From: Eukaryota sp. GEM-RC1
Taxonomy: Eukaryota
Reading direction: 5' to 3'
Length of the DNA: 64,000 nt
Assembly (NCBI GenBank): GCA_040285855.1
Contig: JAUFOQ010000002.1
Span: forward strand, 1,240,001-1,304,000
Shown: in pieces, positions 37,513-49,200 of the stretch
How positions within the stretch are numbered: position 1 is the first letter of the stretch
How the letters are laid out: every line of letters starts with the position of its first letter
The notes under the pieces: model-generated
What the model saw: only the letters and a program-made list of their open reading frames with translations
Databases searched by the model: none
Told to the model about the DNA's origin: nothing
Translations under genes and position numbers: made by a program

Positions 37513-39330
37513 TTTTTTTATTCGAAACTAAAAAGAAGATGATCTAATACTCAATGTCATCAAAACAAGATTCCTTCGAATCGAACCTTGTTGAAGCTTT
37601 GTCTTCATAAAACACACTTAGGGATAACAAAGCTTTTGAAATCATTGTGGGAACTGCCTTTAGAATCGTAAAGACAATTCGGTTCTGCCAAATAGAACGA
37701 TCAAATATTTTGTTGGTTCTACGAGCTACAACTTTGCAAATTCATGAAGGAACTTCAAGGCCAATTTGCCTAATCTACCATATACGGAAATCGCAAATGG
37801 GACAAGTGAATATTCAACATGGACAATGTGTTTCCAGGTCTTTCAAAGGATCAGCATACTTTCTTTGTTTGTTATTTTCAGCAATGTCTAAAGGTGAGAT
37901 TTCCTTTGTAACAAACTTGTTACAACTTTTTTTGCAAACATCCACTGAAACAACATCGATAACTGTCAGAGATTCAGAAGATGAAGGTATAATCAAGTCA
38001 GCACGTCTTTGCCCATAAGAATTTCTTTTTTGGAATGTTGATTGATGTCAAGAGATCTCAGCAAAGGTTCAATGAAGGATTCAATTTTGTAAGATTTGCA
38101 CATGGCATGTAGCTGATCGCGTACAGGGTCATGGATAGCAGATCGATAAGTTATGTAATGTGAACATGAAAATGTATGAGACAACGTTACCAATTGTCCA
38201 CATTTGCAGTAACAATCATTGGGTAGATTATGAGGCCATAAAAAGCATCTTAAACGCATTGTAGTGGTCCACTGATGATCATCTAGTAACAATCCGTAAA
38301 TTTGCGGAATTTGATTGAGGAAGGCTGATGGAGAGCTATCCTGTAAATCTAACAAAAATTAGCGAAAGTAGGATTAGTTTGTTTAGCCGAGCTAATGCGA
38401 ACAACAAAATCCAAACTTTCAAAATGTTTCGAAAGATGATGCTGAAGCTTTTTTAGAGCAAACCTTAAAGAAACCAAACTTCTTTCTGGGATATCCTGAA
38501 TTTCTCTCGGAAAACAAGTGAACTGACTTCTTTACGAAGACTATTCAAATAGAAACTGTTTACAGATTCTAGAAGACACAATTTGTCAGGATATCTCTGA
38601 CTAAATTCAAATATAAAGTTTTTCCCTCCACCAATGAAAGCAGCTTTTGTCCAGTATCTAGAACTTGTAAACCCTATTCCACCTAAATTGACATTAGAAA
38701 AAATATGATTTTTCAATAAATTCGGGTTGACTTGCAAAAGATAAGCCAAGAATTCTGTTCTAATTTTGTTGAAAGCCCGACAGAAATCAATTGATAACTC
38801 AGGGGCCAGAGATCGTATAAGATGGGTGATTCTGCCAGAATAACATACTTTCAGCAGAAAGAACTTCAAGTGTTTTTCTAGAGCCAGGGCTTTGATCTGA
38901 TTCAGTTCACTTTGAATTTCAACAAGAAATTCGTCCAACTTTTTCTCAATTTGTTCATTGTTTCCGAGATAACAACCAAGAAAACGAAAGCCAGATGAAC
39001 GATAATTAATGAAAGGGATATTAATATCATTAATTACCAGTTCTTGTAAATGACCAGCAATTATAAAACATTTAGCAATGTTGAGTTCAAGGCCTATTTC
39101 CTTATACAAAATAGAAACTTCCGATGCAACTTTTTCCAAAGTAGACTTTGGTGCAATTAACGAAATGTCGTCCATGTAAGCAACAATTTCCAAATCTTCA
39201 TACTTCTTTTTGAGAAATTGTAAAATGGGGTTAATGGCCAAGCAGAAAAAGAAGGGTCCCAGTGGATCTCCTTGCTTGACTCCTGATTGAGAAGACAAAG
39301 TGAAAGAATTGTAAACAAGATCTGAACGTA
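37513..39330 (-). mobile_element. 5'-truncated, frameshifted CRE-like retrotransposon (RT plus RLE)
   Basis: GVKQGDPLGP, AYMDD, LGCYLG, LGGIG; CKC..HTFSC..HDPVRD; IDVVSVDV; stop at 37544 followed by a short A-tail. Confidence 0.88.
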
Positions 39331-39556
39331 GTACATGTAGCGATAATACAGTACAACCAAATTCAAAACCTTTGATTTAACCGTCTTGGAGTGGAAACGA
39401 TGCATAAACACGTGAAACCAAAAAGATGCTGTTTTTATTGAAGCTTTTTCATAAGGACATAACCATGGGTCTAAGTGACCGACAGGTAGTATTTAATTAC
39501 CACCAGCTTATGTACAAACACTGAGATCTACAATACAATCACATACAGACCCCTAA

Positions 39557-40141
39557 TCAACAGGTACTTTGCTTCCGTAGTTTTAGGTAAGCCTCAGTTA
39601 ATCTTGGTTTAGGTAAGGAATCAACCTCAGGAGGTTTGTGACATTCGTGATCACCAAAGTTTAATCCAGGAGTTAAGGGACTAATGGTAGCACTGTTGGT
39701 TCTTGCTCGAGGTTGGGAGTTAGGCTTTGAAGACCTAGACTTTTGGGGAGTGACAAGAACTCCGCCGTCTTCTGGCATACTTGTTGTGGAATTCTTGCGT
39801 TTTGGGGAAGACTTTTTCCGAGGAGATTGTAGGACTGGAAAGGGTGTTGTTTCAGGAGCGTCTGAGAAGAATTGTAGTTGGGCTACAGTCTTCTTACCGT
39901 TTGGAAGACAATTTGGCGTCTGATTGGATGATATAGTAGAGGCAGGCGGACTACTTGTACTTGATTTCTTAACTTGAGTGCCGGGACTCACGAAGAAACC
40001 AGAAGGATGCCAAGTACGAGCCTGTAGGTCCTCAAGCTGGATATCTCCAGATATGGTTTCAGGGAGAACTTCGAGATTCTGGTTTACTTCACCATTGGGA
40101 TTGAAGAAGTTAACAAGAGGTCGTCCAACTTGGTTGGGCAT
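39557..40141 (-). CDS. Ser/Pro-rich disordered protein with a C-terminal LPKP motif
   Basis: 194-aa ORF with codon usage like neighbouring host genes. Confidence 0.6.
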   Translation of the reverse strand: MPNQVGRPLVNFFNPNGEVNQNLEVLPETISGDIQLEDLQARTWHPSGFFVSPGTQVKKSSTSSPPASTISSNQTPNCLPNGKKTVAQLQFFSDAPETTPFPVLQSPRKKSSPKRKNSTTSMPEDGGVLVTPQKSRSSKPNSQPRARTNSATISPLTPGLNFGDHECHKPPEVDSLPKPRLTEAYLKLRKQSTC

Positions 40142-40475
40142 GATGAACTGACAAAATTGAATTTTGGAAATTTCAGAAATACATGTTTAACTTAACAAAT
40201 CAACAAATGTAACTGCTATTGACAATAGACAGTTCCTGACTATCCCTTCTGTAAATCGAACTAAATGTTACTTTCTGAATTCCAAAACCGTGAACTCTAC
40301 CCTTGTTGTGCATCAGACTTCGCTTTCAGTAATGTCATTCAGCAACTGCTAAGGGCAAGTTCACACAGTGTTGACTCAAAATGAAATATCTGTAATAAGA
40401 ACAATCATTTTTGTGCTGTAGACGAAAAAGAGATCAATTCTTTTTGAGAGCTAGTACAGAAATCTCTATCCTATG

Positions 40476-41640
40476 TAGGGCTGTCAATTTCTCCCATTTC
40501 TCCCAACTCCCACCCAACTCCCATCTCCCATGACCCTTGGGAGTGGGAGTGGGAGCTTCAGTAGCAATTTTTGGGAGTGGGAGTGGGAGCTCTCCGTTGG
40601 GAGGTGGGAACTCCCAAAATCTCACATCTCCCATTTACAGACACAACTCTAACTTCAATTTAAAACAGAAACAAGCTAGCTAGACAAATACAGTTATAAT
40701 TTTTCTAGAATATTAATAGGACTAGGTGTATTACATTTTTACTGTCTTTGTTTTGTTTTATTTATTTTCGTTTTATAAAGAGCGTGGTTGTTTATCTGTA
40801 AATTTCAACCAATGTCATCGCTTGATTTATCTGAAGATCCTGAAAACTCTGGTCTGTTTAAACATCCTGATTTTATTGAATTTGTTTCCTCTCTTTCAGT
40901 TTCAAAATTCCAAAAAGAACCACGATAAGAAATGATATGTTGAATGTTTATGAGTCATTTAAAGGATACTTGATAGATAAATTCAAAAATGTGTGTAATT
41001 CTTCTAAAGTATCTATTAGGATTGATAGATGGACATCGAATACAAACAAGCATTTTAATGGGGTAACAGTTCACTGTATTGAAGACTGGAATTTAAACAT
41101 TTACAATGTACGTCCACGGTTTTAAGCACCTGAAAGAAAACCACACTGCCATCAACATTGCCGATGCTGTGGAAGAAATTATTACTGAATTTGGTTTAAA
41201 ATACAAAATGTGTTGTGTTTCAACAGGTATTCACGACTATCCGCATACATTGTATGCTAAGAACTTTATGACAACACAAGCCTCATCAGTTCCAAGTGAA
41301 CAGTTATTTTCTCAGGCAGGGTGTGTTGTTACGAAGTTACGAGCTTCCTTGAGTAGTGATTCTATTGAAGTAGTCCTTTGTTTGAAATCATGGTTCAAAG
41401 GTCGGGAGATGAGAGAGTTGTTCATGAATCAGAGATAGAGTTAGTGATTGTTATGTTTATAAAGTAAAGTGTCATTGTACTAGAAGATACAAAAATGGGA
41501 GTTGGGTGGGAGTTGGGAGAATTTGTTGGGAGTGGGAGTGGGAGTGGGAGTCTCACCTATGACAAGTGGGAGGTGGGAGTGGTAGTGGGAGAACATGTGT
41601 TGGGAGTGGGAGAAACTCCCATCTCCCATTAACAGCCCTA
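40476..41640 (+). mobile_element. Internally deleted hAT transposon
   Basis: TIR TAGGGCTGT(C/T)AAT; TSD ATCCTATG (40468-75 and 41641-48); TGGGAG subterminal repeats; transposase pieces IDRWTS, HTAINIA, ASSVPSEQLFSQAG..LKSW. Confidence 0.93.
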
Positions 41641-41645
41641 ATCCT

Positions 41646-43556
41646 ATGTTGCACAACTTTAAGATACCTAGATCGAACACACCTTCTGTGGTTGATCTGG
41701 ATTCTATTATAGACGTTTGTCTCCATATCTTCCTTATTTTAGTGTGCTTCTGTTCGTTCGGATTTTGATGAAGATGAAGAACTTCCTCGTTCCTCTAGTG
41801 CTCCTCCTATGGTAGAACTATCTGCGGGTAATCTATTTGCCTTCACTGCGGACCATGGAGCTTCTCCCAACGAATGGGCTTCTCTCGATTCTCATTTTGA
41901 CGATGTTCGTCTTGATCCTCTCTGGGATGAGTTTGCTCAGTCATATCCCAATCCCCAAGACCTCCCTCCCTCTTTAAACTTTGACAACTCTTGGATGTTA
42001 CCTGAGGATGAAGCCCAACTCACTACTTCTGATTCCTCCACCGCTCCACATTCACCTTTCCCTCGCCAATCCCCACTATCTGAGTCTTCATCAGCTTACT
42101 CCACCCCAGCCATCCCTAATGCTGTACCCGTTCTTTCCCATCGCCTACAGTCCGATATCTCCGCTCCCCTTTCTCACGGATCATCTCTTTTATACCCTAA
42201 CACTCCCTCTCACCCTCGATCCACTTCTAACAATGTTTGCAAGTTTTGGCTCCAAGGTAATTGTAGGTATGGGTTCAACTGTCACTTCTCCCATGCTCAC
42301 CCCAATACTCCCAGCGAATCTTCCTCTCAACAACCAATTGGAAGTCCTAAAGTTAAACGATCTACTTTCGTCACTTCAAATACTCCTAAACATTCAGCTC
42401 CTCATACCCAGGTAGATCCTAAAGTTTTGGGAAAGAAGATCTTTAACACCTCTGAGCTACTTGCAATGGCTTCAGACCAACATGGTTGTCGGTTCCTTCA
42501 ACGTTTATTGGATATCGCCAAGTCCTTAGCGGAGTCTGGATCTGGCTTTTCTTGGCAACATCACGTGGAACTTTTGACCGAGATTAAGAACTACAACCTT
42601 GTGCTTTCAGAGTTACCTGCGAATCAGCTTGATTCGATTTTAAAACCTCGTGAGATTGTTGATCAAATGTTTTCAATTATTTTACCTTCATTCCTTGATT
42701 TATGCGAAGATCCTTTTGGAAATTATCTTTGTCAAAAAGTTATTGAAATTGTTGATGAGCATGCTCGATTTGCCATTTGTAAAACATGTGCTAATGATTT
42801 GTACAATAAAGCGCAATTAATGCACGGAACCAGGAGTGTTCAGAAGATGGTTGAATTAGCTGGACCCAAGGAACGCAAGATCATCATCCACAGTCTCTCC
42901 AATCACGTGATCCCTCTAATCAAGGACTTAAACGGAAACCACGTGATTCAGAAATGTCTACAATACTTTAATGCTGAAGAAAACGAATTCATCTTTGAAT
43001 CACTTCTTGTACCTTCTAATTTGATCAATGTGGCTAATTCTAGGAATGGAGCATGTGTGTTACAGCGAGTACTGGACTTTGCTCCTGTTAGTTACAAGTT
43101 GTCAATTTCTTTGGAGATCGCCAAGGGTACTGCAAGTCTTGTTTATGACCAGTTTGGTAATTACGCTTTGCAGTATGTTTTAACTCTTGCTTCTGAGAAT
43201 GATTTCTTGGAAGATGTCTTTCCTATTACTTATAATCATTTGAAGGGTAATATCTTTGCTCTTTCTCAACAAAAGTTTGCATCTAATGTTTGTGAAACTT
43301 TTTGAATACGGCCCCTAATTCTCTTTCTGTTCACATTGTGGCGGAGGTTTTTGAGAATCCTCAACGAGTTGTTGATTTACTTTTGGATCCATATGGTAAT
43401 TTTGTTGTGCAAAAGTGCCTTATTTGTTCCCCCCAGCAGTTACTTGGTGGATATCTTTCACTTATCCAGCCTTATATCGACTTTATGAAGACGAAGCCTT
43501 TTGGGTCAAAGATTGCTGCTAAGTTGGAGCGAAATTATCCTCAATTGCGTTCTTAA
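41646..43556 (+). CDS. Pumilio/PUF RNA-binding protein with a CCCH zinc finger (28-nt intron near the 5' end; frameshift near 43301)
   Basis: RSSSAPP, CKFWLQGNCRYGFNCHFSH, DQHGCRFLQ, DPFGNYLCQ, HGTRSVQ, DLNGNHVIQ, DQFGNYALQ, KFASNVCE, DPYGNFVVQ. Confidence 0.9.
41715..41742 (+). other. 28-nt spliceosomal intron GTTTGT...CTTATTTTAG
   Basis: Removal links ATG 41646 in frame with the PUF ORF at 41809. Confidence 0.8.
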
Positions 43557-43628
43557 ATTTATTGTTTTTGTTGTCTATATGTACACTATTGTATTACTAT
43601 TAGTCTCTTTTGTTGTAAAATGATGTAC

Positions 43629-44363
43629 TCATTGTTGTTTATTTTGAGAAGTTAATTTAAAATCTGACAGATTTTCTCTTTTTGTAACAATGACCTGTGG
43701 AAATTCAACAATTCTCAGTGACTTGAGCATATCATTAAATGGTAATTCAGGATCTAGTTCCAAATATTCTGTATCATGTTGAATTTTTTCATTCCGAGTA
43801 AGAAACACTAAATTTGAGAAAGTTGTAGCTAAAGAAGCTCCTACAGAGACTCTTAAAGACACATCTTCCATTTTCCTCTTGTAAACATTGAGAAGATTGT
43901 CGTTTCCCTTTATTGTCCAAGTACACTTAAAGGAACAAGGAAATGTTATTTCCACCATCCATAGAATAACATCTTTGGGTAGGAGTTTGGTGGTGTTAAG
44001 TTCGGCTTTTGACATTCCGGGACTTAAAAGTATAAGATCTATTCCATGAGTAACAGCAGTATTTCTCAGACGGACTCTGTTTCTGGTAGCAGGAGTTGCA
44101 GAACTCATGAGTCTCCTTCCAAAGAATGCAGCAGATCTTGTTGTAGAGAGCACATTTTCAAGAAATAGATAGTCCTTAGTAAGAGTTTCGTCGTTGAAAG
44201 TAGCCATAGGGACAAATTGAGAAGGGTTTTTTAGTCCAGAGCACTCAAGAGTTTCTTTGTGCTCATTGACACATGGAAGAGAACATGTTAAGGACTGACA
44301 AGCAGGACACTTGTACTTAGATACAGATCCACATATACAACAACGAGATGCTGTGATGGACAT
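43629..44363 (-). CDS. BCD1: Box C/D snoRNP assembly factor BCD1/ZNHIT6
   Basis: zf-HIT CCIC..KYKCPAC..CSLPCVNEHK..CSG, DYLFLE, IVEFP. Confidence 0.9.
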   Translation of the reverse strand: MSITASRCCICGSVSKYKCPACQSLTCSLPCVNEHKETLECSGLKNPSQFVPMATFNDETLTKDYLFLENVLSTTRSAAFFGRRLMSSATPATRNRVRLRNTAVTHGIDLILLSPGMSKAELNTTKLLPKDVILWMVEITFPCSFKCTWTIKGNDNLLNVYKRKMEDVSLRVSVGASLATTFSNLVFLTRNEKIQHDTEYLELDPELPFNDMLKSLRIVEFPQVIVTKRENLSDFKLTSQNKQQ

Positions 44364-44383
44364 TTTCTGTACTTTTTATTTTT

Positions 44384-45427
44384 ATGTTACACATATTAGG
44401 CAGCCAAGGTGAAGGTGGTGGACAGATTCTCCGTACCGGTCTTAGTCTCGCATGTGCTCTTAAACGGTCTATAACAATTGACAAAATCCGATATAATCGA
44501 TCTCCTTCAGGCCTTTCAGCTCAACATCTTACTTGTGCTAATGCGATCAATACGATCTGTGGAGGACGCATGACTGGAAATACTCTTCGTTCAACACGTC
44601 TAGAGTTTTTTCCTGATACAGTAATTCCTGGTGACTATGAATTTCATATAGGCACAGCTGGGTCCTGTTTATTAGTCCTTCAGACACTTGTCCCTCCTCT
44701 TATTACAGCTAATGGAAAGTCCAAAATTACTGTTCATGGAGGAACAGCAGTTCCTTTTTCTCCATCCTTTCATTATTTTTCTGAAGTCTATATTCCTTTT
44801 CTTCAGCAACAAGGAATTGATATAACAGTTGAATGTTCTAGATTTGGATTCTATCCTAAAGGTGGAGGTACTGTTTCTCTATATGTCACAGGGAAGGGGT
44901 CACTTACTCCATTGAGACCGATCTCTCTACTCTCCAAGGGCAATCTCCTTTCAGTATCTCTTCTCTCTGCATGCTCTCAGTCTCTTCCAGACCACATAAA
45001 TGAACGGCAAATGAAGGCACTTCTTTCTGCGTGCAAACAGCGGTTTAGATGTCCATTAGAACAACGTCTTGAAAAATGGGATACTCTTTCTCCTTCTACT
45101 TTTGCCTTTATTCGACTGGACTATGAGCAGGTTCGAACTGCTTTCTTCAGTTTTGGTAAACGAGGACTGCCTGCAGAGAAAGTAGCTGCTAATGCTGTAT
45201 CTGATTTAGATAATTATTTAGCTGTAGGAGAAGGCGTTGTTGATTGTCATTTCTCTGATCAGTTAATCACACTCTTGGCTTTAAGTATGGGTAAGTCTGA
45301 GTTTATTACAAGTTGTATTACGCTACATAGTTTAACAAATGCGGATGTTGTTAATTTATTTTATCCGAGTAAAATCAGAATTGAAGGACAAGAAGGGTCG
45401 TTAGGAGTCATCCATGTTGATAATTAA
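44384..45427 (+). CDS. rtcA: RNA 3'-terminal phosphate cyclase (prokaryote-like)
   Basis: GEGGGQILR, GLSAQH, IGTAGS, GFYPKGGG, DQL, and the catalytic His in LHSLTN. Confidence 0.92.
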   Translation: MLHILGSQGEGGGQILRTGLSLACALKRSITIDKIRYNRSPSGLSAQHLTCANAINTICGGRMTGNTLRSTRLEFFPDTVIPGDYEFHIGTAGSCLLVLQTLVPPLITANGKSKITVHGGTAVPFSPSFHYFSEVYIPFLQQQGIDITVECSRFGFYPKGGGTVSLYVTGKGSLTPLRPISLLSKGNLLSVSLLSACSQSLPDHINERQMKALLSACKQRFRCPLEQRLEKWDTLSPSTFAFIRLDYEQVRTAFFSFGKRGLPAEKVAANAVSDLDNYLAVGEGVVDCHFSDQLITLLALSMGKSEFITSCITLHSLTNADVVNLFYPSKIRIEGQEGSLGVIHVDN

Positions 45428-45446
45428 TGATTCTTTTCAACAAACC

Positions 45447-46187
45447 CTATGTGATTGTTTGTAGTTCAGATCGTTTTTTGTTCAGTTTCTGTTCCAATTT
45501 TTGGATCTCGCCGTGTATACATGCAATTTCAGAGTCCAATGTTGCGTTCGTGCTTTGAATTTCACTTTTTGTTCTGTTTAACGTTGTACTTTCTTCAAAT
45601 TCCTTTTCCAGTATTTGTTCCAATTCTGAAATCTTCTGGGTTAGTTCCTTGTTGTGCTTACATATTTGATTCATTTCTTCTTCCACAGATTTCAGCTCTT
45701 CTGATTTAGATTCTAGTTGAGTCATTTCAGTCATTGTAGAATAAAACTCTGTTACATTTCTCCTATACTTAATGAGTTTTGACTTTTCATCAGCCAATAC
45801 TTTCCTACAGTAAACATGATTATAGAACAAACTCTCGTTGACGAAGTCGATGTTTGTACCGTTGAACCAATTCTTGCATGCTCTCAAGATGTGATTGCAA
45901 TCTGAACCTTTGTAGTTGAACTTTGCTCTGTTCACCTTCATAAGACGAGATTTGTTTGTTGGCCATAGCTAACTGTGAACGTTGTTCCTCAATTCTAGAT
46001 TGTAGTTGAGACCGTGTCAATTGATCTGGGATAAAGAATGGATGGGAATCAAACGCTGAGTTAGGATCTGTTGCTTTTTACGAATGCTATCTGCTTGTAA
46101 CTGACGTTCTTTTTCAACTTCGATGTTTTTCCGTTCGAGCTGGTCCAGTCTATGCAGAAACGTAGTCAGAGAGTTGTCAAGTTCCAT
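45447..46187 (-). CDS. Coiled-coil protein with two tiny introns
   Basis: ATG at 46187; removing 46026-46054 and 45805-45832 yields one continuous ORF. Confidence 0.8.
45805..45832 (-). other. 28-nt intron GTTTGT...TTTACTGTAG
   Basis: Joins RQRE/KVLADEK. Confidence 0.82.
46026..46054 (-). other. 29-nt intron GTTTGA...TTTATCCCAG
   Basis: Joins ILTQH/QLTRSQ. Confidence 0.82.
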
Positions 46188-46226
46188 TTTGGAAGTAAAT
46201 GATTCGTGCCGGTAAATTTATTTTTT

Positions 46227-49200
46227 ATGTCTCTGGTAGGTGAAGAAGCTGTTTTTGAGGATCTTACTGTGAACCAGCTATGTTCTCGCATACGTCTTTC
46301 GAATGATTATGATAGGAAACTTATTCTTGGAGTACTTGGATCTCGATCTACAACATTGTCTGAGTCTGATGTTTTGGAAATCGTTCAAACCATCATGCAA
46401 GTTCTTCTGAATGACCGATCATCTCTCCTACTGCTCTTCGAATCTCTATTTTCTTCGATTGTAGCTACACACCACTCTTCTCATCCTCCAGCTATCAAAA
46501 TTCTTGAAAAACAATCCTCAATTCTGCTGTCCACGCTCTATGGGTCAAAAATAGCCCCTGCGGCTACTGTTCTACGATTCTCTATTCTACTTCTGCCCCA
46601 TGTTGATTCCGTACAGTCCCTCCTCGCCCCCATCGGATCCTCATGTGTTATTCTCGGAATCAACGCTGATCTCCGTAACTCTAGTCGATCCCTCCGAATC
46701 CTGGATTCTGCTTCAGCCCTCTTCTCTAAAACCTGTTCCCTTTCCATAGCTACTGATCTTCTTTCTTCTGTGACTTCTCTTCTCAAAGGAACCCCCAATC
46801 AACTTAGAATTGGTCTGGGTGTGTCAGGCTTAGTTGCTTTAGTTTCGGCTGATATGAGCCTTTCTCCAGAATCACAAGATCTTCTGTCTTCTGTTATAGC
46901 CGAACATTTAGTATTTGCTTCTAAAACACCGCTACCAGTTCAATCACTGTTTGATCCTTTCCTATCACGTGCTGAAATTGACTGTTCGTGGCTCACTCGC
47001 TACATCCTAACTCCTCAATTCTCCCGAATGACTCTACGTTCTCCCGAAGTCCTATCTGTATCCATCCCTCGTCTTCTACGCTACTCCGTCATTGATCTCT
47101 CTTCTGTTCTCTCCTTGGACTCTCCTTTAATCCAGTTTGGTCTCTCCCTCATTACCAAGGATTCAAGTAAACCCTTTTCCAATAAGCTCGTCTCCATCAC
47201 TTACATGTCTCTCGTTCTATCCAGGATCTCTGATAGAACTGTGTTCCTACCCTAGCTGATCACTTGTTGGATGGTGCTAGATCTAGTAGTACTACTGGAA
47301 CCAAGACTTTAATGACTGGGATAGTATATAAGGCTCTTGATGATTCAGATCTGAGTGTTGAGGATTTTGAACTAGTTTGTGGTACGATTGCAGAAAAAGC
47401 ACTTAAAGTACTCGTTGATCAGTACCATCCTTCAGGGACCCTGAGCCCTTTCTTTGAACGACTTTTGTCGTTGATTAGTTTTTGTGTTTCTTGTTCTGAT
47501 GTGTCAGTCGATGAAGAGCTTAAGTCAGTAATCACTCAATCAGTAAGCTCTTTCCACTTATGCCCCTTCTTCTTGAGCTCTATTCTGGGAGGTTTTGACG
47601 CCAATCCCTATCAAGCTTCCTTTTTGTCTTGTCATTTGTCACTTCTTTTGTCTGCTCTTGCTACCTCTCTGACGAAACCTGCTCTTAAGGCTACGAGTCT
47701 TGGCTTGGGCTGTATGTTGTCAATCATTAGCGTTTCGAATCACTTTGAAGAAATTGTTGAAAATGATGCTTTTAAAAAGTTGTTGTCTTTTGAACTTTTA
47801 AATGATTCCGTCGCTAAGGAATATCCCAATGTGGTTGCTTTATCAATTAGCCATGTTGCTCGTCATGTTTTACCCCGCCTTTATACTGCTGATACAAATG
47901 AAGAATTGGAAGCCCTGGTCAAAAAGTCACGTCATCTTTTATCAGTCTGCTCTTTTCTCTTGACTTTCAAGGACTCTTCTGTTCAAGACGCAGCTTTCCT
48001 TGGTGTATCTCAAATAGTTTCTATTTGTCCAGGACTGTTAAACAACTTCATTGCCAGTTACTGCAATCATGTCCTTGATGTTCAAAACACTGAGCACCTC
48101 ACGTCACCAGGACACCTTCGTCGAATGTTCTTAGATCTCTTCACCCTTCCCCCCACTAGTTATGTTTTCATTAGACACCTGTGTTTCATGTCTTTGTTTC
48201 ATTTCATCTCGTTTTGTTGACAATAGTCCACCTTCTTTTGCTTACAGATTCCTTCAGACCGCAGAGAACTTCTCTACTACCCTAACTTTCCATTCATACG
48301 ATCGAGTTATCAATCAGCTCTTACACATGTGTAACAGCAGTGTTTCTCCAACACGTTTTGAAGCTGTACATTCCCTGTTCAAGTGTTCCTCATTTACTGC
48401 TCTCTTACCGCAAGAAGGAGTTGCTAAAGCAGTTACTTCGTTTGTTGCTCCCACTGTTCAATGTATTACTGAGGAAGATTTAAAGTTGCTAGAGCCAAAA
48501 TCTACAAAACATTTGGTTTTAAAACATTCCGAAATTGATGAATTATTCACATTCTCTAAAAAGCTATCTCACGACGATCGGATTGCTTTTGAAGAACGCT
48601 TGTCCCAGGATCCTCTACTAGTACTCAAACCTCAACAGCAAAACGTCTACAAACAGTTCTTACTACAAGAACAAGATAGACGACTCCAAGTAACCTCTTC
48701 AATCTCTCATTGTCTACAAGTAATGACTGCTTTAGACTCGTATATCCAAGGTTTTGTCAAGCAAACGTGTATGGAGCCTTCTGAGTGTTTAGTATTGGCT
48801 TTATTTGAATTGTGTAAGTGTTGTGTGATTAGTATTCGTGAATTAGCTGCTGATTTGTTGTTAAAACTTGCCCAACATTTCAATATTTATTATCCTATTG
48901 TTGAAGCTTCAATTAGAGTTTGCTTTTCCCTTGCAGTAAAGGACAACACAGTGGTTATGTCAAATGATCGATTGATTGATCACCCGGAATCACTTCAATC
49001 CATCCTCGGACGATCACTTGCCATGATGACGTCATCTAGAATAACCCTCAATCACGTGATTGAGCTCTTCTTTTCACTTCCTTTATTAGATCATCTGTTG
49101 TTGATCTTTTCACCTGGAACACCTGCTTTTCTGGTGCAACAAGTTATCAAAACTAATCAATATATATCAAATGCACGTGAAATTGTACTGAAGTTTGCTG

